From Acidobacteriota bacterium (GTDB lineage Bacteria > Acidobacteriota > UBA6911 > RPQK01 > JADFOI01), in the NCBI GenBank assembly GCA_963663035.1, contig OY760074.1:2688001-2752000 (forward strand): a stretch of 64,000 bases of DNA, in the 5' to 3' direction. The number at the start of each line of letters is the position of its first letter. Positions within the stretch are counted from its first letter, which is position 1. Both the position numbers and the translations under genes were made by a program. Below the pieces are notes generated by a model, which was not told the DNA's origin, did not search any database, and saw nothing but the letters and a program-made list of their open reading frames with translations. This document shows positions 50,989 to 61,110 of the stretch, piece by piece.

Positions 50989-51934
50989 GCAACGCGGCCA
51001 GCGGGCTTGCACACCTGAAACCTTTTTTGCCAGGGCTTGAACCCCTGCTAGAAGACGCGGAAGTGTCCGAGATCATGATTAACGGCCCCGGCAATGTTTG
51101 GATCGAGGCGAGGGGCCGGTTAACGGCTCATGCAGCGCCAGGGTTGGACGAATCGGCCTTGTTACGGGCGGCTATTCACATCGCCCGTCCTTTGGGCCTG
51201 GACCCGGCCACCACGCCCATCATCGACGCCCGGCTCGATGATGGTTCCCGCGTGGCGATCTGTGTTCCCCCGGCCAGTCCCCACGTTGCGATCACCATCC
51301 GGCGATTCGGCAAGCGGACGTTTAGCGCGGCGGATCTAGTCGAGCAGAAAGCCCTACCGGAAAACGTCTTGAAAGCGGCAGAGCAGGTGTTGATGACGCG
51401 GCGCAACATTCTGGTTTCCGGTGGGACCGGATCAGGCAAGACCACCTTGCTCAATGCCCTCATAGAACTGCTACCCGTTGACGAGCGCATTGTGGCAATC
51501 GAGGACACGCTAGAGCTTCGCATTGACCACTCGAATTGTGTCCGGTTTGAGGCCGAGGGTTGCAGGAAGGCGCGGTGACGATCCGCGATCTAGTGCGCCA
51601 TGCCTTGAGGCATCGACCGGATCATATCGTGGTGGGAGAGGTTCGAGGCGGTGAGGCGGCGGACCTGCTGCAAGCCCTCAACACTGGACACGGCGGGTCA
51701 CTCACGACCGTACACGCCAACAACGCGGAGAGCGCCCTATCGAGAATCGCCAGTTGCGCCATGCAGGGCGGCGGGGAGTTGCCGTGGGAGGTCACTTGCC
51801 GAGGCGTGGTGGATGGGATTGCGATGGTCATTCACATGACGCGCCGCGAGGGGCGGCGTTTCGTGGAAGAAGCCGCATACGTCAAAGGTTACGAAGCGAA
51901 GGAGAACCAATGGGAAATCGAACGGCTGGAATGA
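50985..51934 (+). pseudogene. virB11: VirB11/TrbB/CpaF-type ATPase, frameshifted near 51560
   Basis: SEIMING, DARLDDGSRV, SGGTGSGKTT, IEDTLEL; then LRHRPDHIVVGEVRG...NTGHGGSLTTVHAN in the next frame. Confidence 0.88.
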
Positions 51935-52435
51935 ATATCGCTAGCAAACTGAAATCCAAACGATCCGCCAAGATCGGGGTTTTGATCCTGATGGGCGGGA
52001 TGCTTGCGCTCATCACGGAAGCGCAATTTGAGCCGATTGAGGCAACGGTGGTTCGTGGGATTGACGGAGATACCATCCGGGTCCGGGTGCGAGGCAAGGA
52101 CGCACACCGTCCGTCTCATCGGCGTGGACACCCCGGAGACGGTACACCCGACCAAGACCGTGCAGCACTTTGGAGCGGAGGCCAGCGCCTACACCAAGGC
52201 CGCGCTCGAAGGTAAGACGGTGACGCTCGAAGCGGACCCGACCGGAGACACCGTGGACCGCTATGGGCGCTTGCTTCGCTACGTCTACCTGGACGGCCAG
52301 AACTTCAACGCCCGGTTGATCCGCGAGGGATACGGTCACGCCATCAGGAGATTCCGATATTCCTTGAAGGCTCAATTTATCCGGCTTGAGGACTCGGCCC
52401 GGAAAGCGGGCCGGGGGTTGTGGTCCCCGCGATGA
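51931..52435 (+). pseudogene. Thermonuclease (SNase-like), frameshifted near 52100
   Basis: IDGDTI / VRLIGVDTPE, DRYGRLLRYV, GRGLW. Confidence 0.85.
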
Positions 52436-52670
52436 GGCCCGGACTCGATCAACGCGCCCTCGACGGCGGGGGACCGGCTGCGGGGCCAGATCCGACCGCA
52501 AGCGTCAGGCTGCGGGCCTTCTCTCTACGATCCACGGACCGCCGACAAGACGGCGGAGCCGTGGGCGGGGCTTGGATTCCCCCATCGTGCCGTGCGGCCC
52601 CCGGAGCATGGGTGTGTCGCCATGTGCCGCTGCCGGTCGCCGGTATCGGTTTGGCCCGGCGCAGGGATCG

Positions 52671-52713
52671 CGCCAGACCGGGGCAAGCCCCTTGCCTGTG
52701 GCATCTGTCACGC
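52671..52713 (+). repeat. 43-bp repeat copy 1 (copies at 53420-53462 and, partial, 54240-54280)
   Basis: CGCCAGACCGGGGCAAGCCCCTTGCCTGTGGCATCTGTCACGC identical in copies 1 and 2; GGCAAG-CCC-CTTGCC hairpin core. Confidence 0.9.
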
Positions 52714-52842
52714 CCCATGCCTGTTGCCGGTCCTGCCCGTCACCGGCGACGGCGGCGCTTTCCTCCGTGTCAGGTGTCGCCGGTATCGCCATTCACAGGT
52801 GAGCGATAACCGCTCGAACCTTAACTTAGGAGGAAACACAAA

Positions 52843-53103
52843 ATGGCTAACCACAAACCCATTGATGAAGTCCGAATTGGCCGCGTCAAAGCCACGATTT
52901 GGAAGAACGGAACCGAGGACGCCCCGCGTTACAACGTCACCTTTTCCCGTCTCTACAAAGACGGCGATCAGTGGAAGACCACGCAGAGCTTCGGGCGGAA
53001 CGATCTTCTGACGCTTGCAAAAGTGGCGGATCTCGCTCATACCCGCATCTACTCGCTCCCCCAGGAGCAGCCCGACGAGGCCGGGGAGGTTGATGAGTCC
53101 TAG
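52843..53103 (+). CDS. Small hypothetical protein, possibly ssDNA-binding
   Basis: AGGAGG RBS; KPIDEVRIGRVKATIWKN...FSRLYKDGDQWK...DLLTLAKVAD; acidic tail. Confidence 0.7.
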   Translation: MANHKPIDEVRIGRVKATIWKNGTEDAPRYNVTFSRLYKDGDQWKTTQSFGRNDLLTLAKVADLAHTRIYSLPQEQPDEAGEVDES

Positions 53104-53591
53104 CCGGATTCAGAGCGCGGCGGGGACCACAACCCCGCCGTTTCGCTCTCCGGCTTTTCCCACGGTTTCAGGTTCCCCTTTTTCCCCTCGTAGTGCATTG
53201 TTGCGGCCCGGTCCTTGCCGTCAAGGGATCGGCTTCGCCTCGCTTCGCGCCCTGGACCGCTGCGGGCCGGGCCGGGGAGCCGGATCTACTACGAGGGAAA
53301 AAAGGGGGAGTGTGGTGAGTGTCGCCGGTGGAGAATCACCCCGGCCCGTCGCCGGTGTTTGGCTTTTCATGGGACCGCCAGCTTTCGCCGGGTCCGGGTC
53401 ACGTCCCAGGCATCCCCCCCGCCAGACCGGGGCAAGCCCCTTGCCTGTGGCATCTGTCACGCGGGAGTGCTTGAACTGGGCCTTGCGCCCCGGAACCGGA
53501 CGGCGCTGTACTCTCTCCTGACGCTGGCCCGCTGGTTTCCCCTCATTCATAGGTGAAGGGAAAACACATCAAACCAGCTAGGAGAGAAAAA

Positions 53592-54032
53592 ATGAATCAA
53601 ATCCAAACACTCATTGACGCGGCCCGCGAGGCGCTGGCCTCCAACGGAATCCACGACACAATCCTTGCCGTGGGGATCGCCGCGATTCCCATCTTGATCT
53701 TCTGCGTCATCGTCAATCGGCTTCGCCATCCTGACCGATCCTTTCTCGCGGCTATGGCCCTTTCCGTTCTCGGATTCTTCCTAGTGCCGTCCGTAGCCAC
53801 CGGAACCGCTATCCTTTGGGTCTACACCGGAGGCGCGGGCGGACAGGCTATCGGCGTTGGAGTCGTGCTTTGGCTTCTTGGTTTTTGGCTCTTTCGACAG
53901 TGGTTGCGATCCGCTCCCCGATCCGCACGGCGAACGCGGACGGTTACACCCTCACGCGCCCGCGAACTCGCAGAGCTTCAAGACGAGACCGCGAGGTTTC
54001 GCGCTGAGGCCATGAACCGGGAGGATGAATGA
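53592..54032 (+). CDS. Membrane hypothetical protein
   Basis: AGGAG RBS, three hydrophobic segments. Confidence 0.6.
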   Translation: MNQIQTLIDAAREALASNGIHDTILAVGIAAIPILIFCVIVNRLRHPDRSFLAAMALSVLGFFLVPSVATGTAILWVYTGGAGGQAIGVGVVLWLLGFWLFRQWLRSAPRSARRTRTVTPSRARELAELQDETARFRAEAMNREDE

Positions 54033-54283
54033 AGCCCGTCCATAGCGGCCTAACTCCCCGTTTGGAGCGTTACAGACACTTTGCAGACCTGTCGGACAGG
54101 CTGTCGCTAACGTGTCTCTAGGCCGTGCTGTGGTTGCCCCGGACGGCGCTTGATCCGCTGTGTTTCATGCCGTCCCTCCAATCAAGCGGTTTGCGGTTTT
54201 GCCATTGGTCCGCTTGCCGTCCCCTGGTCCGGTTTGTCGCGGCGCAGGGATCGCGCCAGACCGTGGCAAGCCCCTTGCCTTTG

Positions 54284-55550
54284 TGACCTTGCCCCCTAAA
54301 ACGAGTCCAGTTTGAATGTTAGGATTTCCGGTTTAGGAAGGAGGCAAGGATGGCAGGGAAGCGGTTTAGGGCAGAACAGATCATCATGAAGCTGCGTGAG
54401 GCAGAGGTGGGTCTGGCCCAAGGACAGAGGGTGGGACAGGTGTCGAAGCAGATGGGGGTGAGCGAGCAGACCTACTACCGGTGGCGCAAAGAGTACGGAG
54501 GGCTCCGGTTGGACCAGGCCAAGAGGTTGAAGGTGTTGGAGAAGGAGAATACCCGGTTGAAGAAGCTGGTGGCGGATCTGTCTTTGGACAAGCAGATCCT
54601 GAAGGAAGTGTCCTCGGGAAACTTCTAGGCCCGGCGAACAGGAGACGAGCGGTGATGTGGGTACGAGAGCGATTAGGAGCAGAGCGAGTCTCCGAACGTC
54701 GGGCCTGCCAAGTGCTGGGACAGGTTCGATCGACCCAGCGAAGGGAAAGGCAAATTCCCGATGATGAGGCCCGATTGGTGGCCCGGATGGTGGAGTTGGC
54801 TACGCAATACGGGCGTTATGGCTACCGGCGGGTCACGGCGATACTTCATGGGGAAGGGTGGAAGGTGAATCCTAAGCGGGTGGAGAGGCTGTGGAGACAA
54901 GAAGGGCTGAAAGTCCCGTCCAGACAGCCGAAACGAAGGAGGCTGTGGCTTAATGACGGTTCCTGTGTTCGGTTACGAGCGGCTCGCAAGAACCACGTCT
55001 GGAGCTATGATTTCGTGCATGAACGGACCCATGATGGGCGAGCCTTTCGGCTATTGACGATCCTGGATGAGTACACCAGAGAGTGCCTCGCCATTGATGT
55101 GAAACGGCAGATGAATCACCAAGACGTGTTGGACCGGCTGGCGGAGTTATTCGTTGATCGGGGAGTGCCTGAGTTTATCCGGTCCGATAACGGATCGGAG
55201 TTTACGGCACAGGCGGTCCGGGACTGGCTGCAGGCTGTTGGGGTAAGGACCTTGTACATCGAGCCGGGCAGCCCCTGGGAGAATGGGTACATTGAGAGTT
55301 TCAACGGGAAACTACGGGATGAGCTGCTGAACATGGAGATCTTCGACACGCTGGGGGAAGCCAAGGTGTTGGTAGAACGCTGGCGGAGGGATTACAATCA
55401 GATCCGGCCTCACAGCGCCTTGGCCTATCGGCCGCCGGCGCCAGAGGCCAAACTACCTAGGTCGCAGGCACTGGATCTTATCCCCTGGAGTGGACTTTAA
55501 ATGGTCCCGGGTTTAACTTAGAGGGTGGTTTCGTTGGTGGGGGCAGGTCA
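54284..55550 (+). mobile_element. IS3-family element (IS407-group-like); orfA 54350..54628, orfB to 55500
   Basis: TGACCTTGCCCCC...GGGGCAGGTCA ends; GGGAAAC slippery site at 54616; [25 protein letters not shown]. Confidence 0.93.
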
Positions 55551-55659
55551 CAGACTATGCATAACTTCGTTACGGCAGCCCCGCTGTCTTCGTCTGAGCT
55601 AAGGCACACATGAGCCAGCAAGCAAGTAAAAAAGTGAACTTAGAAAGGCCCCTTGGCAA

Positions 55660-57198
55660 ATGGTACTCTTGAAAGAGAGGAGAAGAGTCGTGAGAAGGGG
55701 TATCTTCGCAATTCTCCTATCACTTATAGTCCAGGGAATCCTTTGGGGCCAGAGCCCTGCGGTGGAGCGTCCTGAACTGAAACAAGTGCCTGCCGAGACT
55801 CTGCCGGATCTCTATTTATGTCCACCCTGTGGCCCCTGGGATGCGAGGACAGCGGCCCACCTGATGCGCCGGGCCGGCTTCAGTGCCACGCCTGGAGAAT
55901 TGGGTCGATTGGTGGATATCGGATTCGAGGCGACGCTGGAGGAACTTCTCAACTATGAAGCCGTCGACGATAGCGAGATGGAGGAAGGTCTCGAAGAGCG
56001 GAATTATCCGTTCACCCGGGTGAATAACAATGGTAAACTTCGGGCCAACACTCTCGGGATACAGCGTTGGTGGCTATATCGGATGGTGAACTCCCAGAGG
56101 CAATTGCTCGAGAAGATGACCTACTTCTGGCACGACCATTTCGCCACTTCCGTGAACCCGGTCCGACAGGTGGGAATCGGTGAGCAACCCTATATGATGA
56201 CTCAAAATGAGCTGCTGCGGGAATACGCCTTGGGCAACTTCAAAGAAATGGTGGAGATGATAGCGAAGGATTCGGCGATGTTGGTCTGGCTGGACAACCG
56301 CAGAAACGTGAAGGAGCATCCCAACGAAAACTGGGCCCGAGAGCTGTTGGAACTCTTTACCATGGGAGTGGGTAATTACACGGACCAAGACGTGGTGGAA
56401 GCGGCTCGCGCCTTCACAGGCTGGGGGCTGAACCGCTGGGCCGGAGAATTCGCCTTCTTTCCGGGTCGACACGATTTTGGAATGAAGACCTTCCTGGATG
56501 TGACCGGACCGTTTGATGGGAATGACATCATCGACATTATTTTCGAGCAGGACGTGACCGCTGAATTCATCTCCAGAAAACTCTTTGAATTCTTTGTTTA
56601 CCCGGATCCATCGGAGGAACTTATCGCTGAGCTTGCGGACGTCCTCCGGGAGAACAACTATGAGATACGTCCTCTAATGAGCGCCATCTTCGAGTATCCC
56701 GAGTTTTACTCCGACCGGGCCTATCGTTCATTGATCAAGAGCCCGGTGGACTTGTTTGTGGGACTGTTTCGGGAACTGGGGCTGTCCGATCCTGTGTTCC
56801 TGCCTCGCTTCATGGCTGACACGGGTCAGAAACTGTTTGCCCCGCCCAACGTCAGTGGGTGGACCAGCGGTGTTGGCTGGATCAACACCGCCACCCTTTT
56901 GGCTCGCTACAACTCCTTTAACATCCTTGCCTCATTTCTCGGAGGTGGATCGCTTGACTTCGTGGGATGGGTTCAAACCTACCAACTGTCCAAATCCGAT
57001 GTGGTCGGACTTCTTGTCGACACCATTGTAAAGGGCGATGTCTCAGTGGATACGCGCTACGCTCTGGAACAGTACATGACCACGGATGATTCCGGCAAGC
57101 CGGTGGAGTGGGATATCAACGATGCCGCCATGATCGATAAGAAGGCCCGAGGAGTCTTCTATCTGATCTTGGTACTCCCCGCCTATCAACTGCACTAG
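55660..57198 (+). CDS. DUF1800-family protein
   Basis: HLMRRAGF, EKMTYFWHDHFATS, MLVWLDN, NENWARELLELFTMG, PPNVSGW. Confidence 0.9.
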   Translation: MVLLKERRRVVRRGIFAILLSLIVQGILWGQSPAVERPELKQVPAETLPDLYLCPPCGPWDARTAAHLMRRAGFSATPGELGRLVDIGFEATLEELLNYEAVDDSEMEEGLEERNYPFTRVNNNGKLRANTLGIQRWWLYRMVNSQRQLLEKMTYFWHDHFATSVNPVRQVGIGEQPYMMTQNELLREYALGNFKEMVEMIAKDSAMLVWLDNRRNVKEHPNENWARELLELFTMGVGNYTDQDVVEAARAFTGWGLNRWAGEFAFFPGRHDFGMKTFLDVTGPFDGNDIIDIIFEQDVTAEFISRKLFEFFVYPDPSEELIAELADVLRENNYEIRPLMSAIFEYPEFYSDRAYRSLIKSPVDLFVGLFRELGLSDPVFLPRFMADTGQKLFAPPNVSGWTSGVGWINTATLLARYNSFNILASFLGGGSLDFVGWVQTYQLSKSDVVGLLVDTIVKGDVSVDTRYALEQYMTTDDSGKPVEWDINDAAMIDKKARGVFYLILVLPAYQLH

Positions 57199-57209
57199 GG
57201 AGACTTCAT

Positions 57210-58475
57210 ATGTGTCGGGCCAAGCTATTGAGAAATCGTAGAGACTTTCTGAAAAATCTCACCATGATTTCCGCTACCTTATCGGTACCGGCCTTCCTGG
57301 TTCGGAGTCTTCAGGGAGCACAGGCCTCCATGGTCGGCACAGGTCGAATTCTGGTGGTGATTGAGCTGGCAGGGGGATGTGATGGATTGAACACGATTGT
57401 TCCCTATACCAACGACTTTTACTACCAGGAGCGGCCCACCCTAGCCATCGACCCCCAGAGTGTGTTGCCCCTGGATGACCAGCTGGGCTTTCATCCTTCA
57501 CTCACCGGCTTCAAAGAACTCTATGACAGCGGTAACATGACGATTGTGCAGGGGGTGGGCTATCCTAATCCCAATCGCTCTCACTTCCGGTCCCGGGACA
57601 TCTGGCATACCGCGGAAGCGGAGAAGATCGGCACTAACGGCTGGCTGGCCAAATACTTCGATAATTTTGAGGGTTCAGGATCCTTGCAGGGGATCAACAT
57701 CGGCGGGCGCGTTCCCAAGGCCATGATCTCAGAGTCTGGGTCCTCCCCCTCCATCAAAAGTATCGATACCTACAAGCTCCAGGCCGATCCGCATTATCCT
57801 GGGGACGAGGCCAACAAGAATGCTGCCTTTCAGAGCATTCTCTCGGAATCCTCCACTCGGTTTCCTCCCTTCCAGGAGTATGTAACGCAGACCGTCCTGG
57901 ATGCCACGTTCAGTTCAGCTGAAATCCTGGAAGGTCAGGATAACTACAACAGCACCATTGAGTATCCCGATACTGCCTTTGGCGGTAACTTGAAAACAAT
58001 CGCCCAGATCATTGCCGCCAACATTGGAACGACAGTGTTTTATGCCACCATTTCCGGATTTGACACCCACGCTCGCCAGGTCGATCCGACCGACCCTGAT
58101 GTGGGGATTCACGCCAATCTGCTGGAAACCGTCTCTTCGGCCGTCAAGGCTTTCTGGGATGATGTGCGGGAAATGGGCATGGAGAACGACGTGCTGATCA
58201 TGAGCTTCAGCGAGTTCGGGCGTCGCGTCAGCGAGAACGCCAGTGACGGCACCGATCACGGAACGGCTAACCCAATGTTCCTGTTCGGAGAAAATGTCAT
58301 TCCGGGTCTCTATGGTGAGCAACCCAGTCTGGATCCCCAGGATCTGGATCCCATCGGAGACTTGCTGCACAACGTGGACTTTCGCAGCGTCTACTCGACG
58401 GTCCTGGGCAACTGGCTGGAAGTGGATCCGGTACCGCTGATTGGTGGGCCCTGGCCCATACTTCCGATTCTTTGA
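57210..58475 (+). CDS. DUF1501-family protein (Tat signal)
   Basis: NRRDFLK, LAGGCDGLN, GYPNPNRSHF, GFDTH, SEFGRR, GTDHG, DFRSVY. Confidence 0.9.
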   Translation: MCRAKLLRNRRDFLKNLTMISATLSVPAFLVRSLQGAQASMVGTGRILVVIELAGGCDGLNTIVPYTNDFYYQERPTLAIDPQSVLPLDDQLGFHPSLTGFKELYDSGNMTIVQGVGYPNPNRSHFRSRDIWHTAEAEKIGTNGWLAKYFDNFEGSGSLQGINIGGRVPKAMISESGSSPSIKSIDTYKLQADPHYPGDEANKNAAFQSILSESSTRFPPFQEYVTQTVLDATFSSAEILEGQDNYNSTIEYPDTAFGGNLKTIAQIIAANIGTTVFYATISGFDTHARQVDPTDPDVGIHANLLETVSSAVKAFWDDVREMGMENDVLIMSFSEFGRRVSENASDGTDHGTANPMFLFGENVIPGLYGEQPSLDPQDLDPIGDLLHNVDFRSVYSTVLGNWLEVDPVPLIGGPWPILPIL

Positions 58476-58674
58476 AACGTTCCACACCATCGATTGTGAA
58501 AAACCCGAAGATCTTGCTAAACGACTCCAATACCGTATCGAAGCGACTGTTGGGAAAGGCCGCGAGACTGGTTTGGCAATAAGACCCCATGTAAGAACCG
58601 AGGGAAATCGACTACAACAAGACCGATGACGAAGAAATTATCAGCGGAGAAGTTACACGGGAATCAGGTCAGAC

Positions 58675-58713
58675 GGCACTGTCAGAGGAAATCCACAGGT
58701 CTGAGTTTTCCAC
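58675..58713 (-). mobile_element. Solo IS6 right-end fragment
   Basis: GGCACTGTCAGAGGAAATCCACAGGTCTGAGTT is the reverse complement of the IS6 right end at ~28039-28071 with few changes. Confidence 0.75.
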
Positions 58714-58714
58714 C

Positions 58715-58870
58715 GACGACATCCTGGAAACCGGACAAACATTGACATGCATTCGCGACCTAGTACAGGCACGGGGCGCGGCTTCGGTCCGCGTGGCAAC
58801 CCTACTGCAGAAAATGGGCAAACTGGAACTCCAGTTTGCTGCCGATTATGTTGGATTTCAGATTCCCGAC
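58715..58870 (+). pseudogene. hpt: Hypoxanthine phosphoribosyltransferase fragment
   Basis: DDILETGQTL...GAASVRVATLLQK...ADYVGFQIPD. Confidence 0.75.
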
Positions 58871-58904
58871 ATCAGAATCCTCAATGACTAGTATTACTGT
58901 GTTG

Positions 58905-59732
58905 GGTTCTGGTGCAGATAGGATTGTCGGAGCGATAAGACCAGGAGTGCGCCCCGGCGATGCGGCCTATGCTGCCATGACGTGACGCCAGATCACCGCG
59001 GGATTCGATTGCCATGGGATCGGAATTGCGAACTGGCGTTTGTGAATCTTCTGCGCCAGCTCGATGCCGATAATGACACGTCGCGCATTGTAGAACGTCT
59101 TGAATCCCAACATCGGGCGCAATCGCCCTTTCACCCGGCGGTGGTCCTGCTCTACAACGTTGTTCAGGTATTGACAGCAACGAATCTTCACCGGGTTCCG
59201 CCCCCGGAAGTTGAACTCCCCGTTCATTCCCATGTGCCGCAGGGCGCTATGGCTCGGCCGGTGGCCATCCAGAGTGATGCTGTGTGGCTCCCGATGATGC
59301 TTCAGCGCCTTGCGAAAGAAGGCCTTCGCCGCCGCGATGCCACGTGCCCGACTGAGAAAGAACTCCACAGTGTTGCCCTGTCCGTCCACGGCTCGATACA
59401 GGTACATCCACTGGCCCCGCACCTTGATAAACGTTTCATCAACCCGCCAGCTCCCACCCACCGGCCGTTCGAATCGGCTCCAACGCCTTTCGCAGATTTC
59501 GGCATAGCGAACGACCCACCGCAAGATTGTGGTGTGCGAAATCGGTAAACCCCGCTCACCTAAAATCTCGACCAGGTCCCGGTAACTCAGTTTGAAGCGG
59601 AAATACCAGCGAAGGCAGAGAAGAATGATGTCGTCTTCGAACCAACGTCCGGCAAATAGAGGATTCCGTTCCGTTTTACGATGCACCATGTCCCATTATC
59701 GCCAATTCCCGTTGGCTGTCTGCACCAGAACC
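58905..59732 (-). mobile_element. IS6-family element (transposase 58967..59689)
   Basis: IRs GGTTCTGGTGCAGA / TCTGCACCAGAACC; WRVDETFIKV, YLYRAVD, LNNVVEQDHR. Confidence 0.92.
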
Positions 59733-60228
59733 CTTTGTAGACCAACTGGACATGAGCGTTGAAGAGACGCCGCATCTGGTTGCGGAGCTTGGTGTGTACG
59801 TTGCCGCCGCCGCTACTGTAGATGCCGAGTTCCCGCATGAACTTCGCCAGTGACGGCCCTAGGATCAGCACACGGCTTTGGGTCTGTACCGCTTCGGTCG
59901 AGACCCAGGCCAAGATCAGGCGGGGGAAATTACCGAAGGGGAGCTTGTTGTTGACCCCGGCGATCATGGCGAGCGTGTAGGGACCGTTGACCCGCTTGTA
60001 CTGGAGCCGGTTGCCGGGGTTGCTGCGGGGCAACGAACACAGTGCCATCATTCGCGCCATGAAGCCTCGATCGGCGTCCGCTTCGCTGGCCCTGACAAGC
60101 TGGTTTACCTGATCGGCAACGGTGAAGCCTCGCCGCGCCTGGGGGGAGGCGTCGCGGAGTGCCGGCACGTCATCCAGGCCGGAGACGACCTCGCCGATCG
60201 GAACCAACTCGCCGCGTTTACGCTGCAT
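59733..60228 (-). pseudogene. repA: Plasmid RepA (RepA_C-like) 5' part, truncated by IS6
   Basis: ALCSLPRSNPG...RVNGPYTL...LPFGNFPRLILAWVSTEAV...LGPSLAKFMRELG. Confidence 0.8.
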
Positions 60229-60323
60229 GGGTTTATTCTCCCATGCGCCTCAGACACAACAGGGACACCTCTCCCAAAGGGATTGGTAGCAGGAATGATC
60301 TCGCAATAGCTTCGCAAGAGTGG

Positions 60324-60563
60324 CTACTTAATTACTGTCCCTTCTTGGGCGGTTGCGGCGGTCCTGGGTGGAGAACCTGGCGGTCGCGGCGGTCCTGGTG
60401 GAGAACCTGGCGGTCGCGGTGGTCCTGGTGGAGAACCTGGCGGTCGCGGTGGTCCTGGTGGAGAACCTGGCGGTCGCGGCGGTCCTGGTGGAGAACCTGG
60501 CGGTCGCGGCGGTCCAAGCTTGCCGCTAGCCTTTATGTTTTTTTCATCCGACATATCGGTCAC
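60324..60563 (-). CDS. Proline-rich repeat micro-protein (PPRPPGSPPG)x5
   Basis: ORF 47 bp downstream of the TIR gene, same strand; weak RBS. Confidence 0.45.
   Translation of the reverse strand: MTDMSDEKNIKASGKLGPPRPPGSPPGPPRPPGSPPGPPRPPGSPPGPPRPPGSPPGPPRPPGSPPRTAATAQEGTVIK
60361..60515. repeat. 30-bp tandem repeat, 5 copies plus a partial copy
   Basis: GGTCCTGGTGGAGAACCTGGCGGTCGCGG(C/T); no unique spacers. Confidence 0.97.
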
Positions 60564-60610
60564 CCGTTGACTCGGTTAGTAGTTGCTTCGCATTATCGTT
60601 CAGTTACGGT

Positions 60611-61108
60611 TCAATTATCCTTCCGTATCTTGATCGCTTCCTCAACGGCGGCTTCGAGATTCTTCTTAATCCAGTCGTATCGCTCTTTGCTGTTGCTTCC
60701 CGCTGGGTTGTAACACTTCACAATCGACGAGAGTTTTTTACCGCTGTTGCCGTGGGTGATGCTGGTGAACGGGTTGCTCCCTTTAGTCGCGATCTTGCCG
60801 CCCAGGTCTTTCAGGCCGTGCACATGGATGCCGACCACACCCATCCCATCGTCCCAGGACTCGACGATTTCGTGTTTAATCCATTTCCGACCAGCTGTGT
60901 TGCTGCCGACCAGAACCACCGTGCAGGACCGCCCGTGCATCTGGTCGGCAATCCACTTCTTGATAGCTGCGTCGCCACCTTTCGTGACGGTTTCCCAATC
61001 GTTGTCTGACACGGGGGTGTTTCCCTCGATCATCCCCATGTTCCTTACCTGCGCTGCGCGCGAGGCATCGGGCTTATAGTGAAAACTGAAAAACGCTTTA
61101 CGGGCCAT
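60611..61108 (-). CDS. TIR-domain protein (DUF1863/MTH538, Thoeris ThsB-like)
   Basis: RKAFFSFHY, DNDWE, IKKWIADQM..RSCTVVLVG..TAGRKWIKHEI..SW...GVVGI; catalytic-type Glu present. Confidence 0.9.
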   Translation of the reverse strand: MARKAFFSFHYKPDASRAAQVRNMGMIEGNTPVSDNDWETVTKGGDAAIKKWIADQMHGRSCTVVLVGSNTAGRKWIKHEIVESWDDGMGVVGIHVHGLKDLGGKIATKGSNPFTSITHGNSGKKLSSIVKCYNPAGSNSKERYDWIKKNLEAAVEEAIKIRKDN

Positions 61109-61110
61109 TG

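Noticed and set aside
37500-53600. Numerous overlapping antisense and alternative-frame ORFs in the ORF track
   Set aside because: Expected in GC-rich coding DNA; no motifs or RBS support.
55559-55575. loxP-like ATAACTTCGT
   Set aside because: Single partial arm with no inverted partner; chance match.
60361-60515. Possible CRISPR array (30-bp repeats)
   Set aside because: Repeats are head-to-tail with no spacers and no cas genes are present; it is a VNTR.
60159-60713. Plus-strand ORF with WWRTWRSR repeats
   Set aside because: Antisense shadow of the tandem repeat, overlapping the TIR gene and repA remnant.
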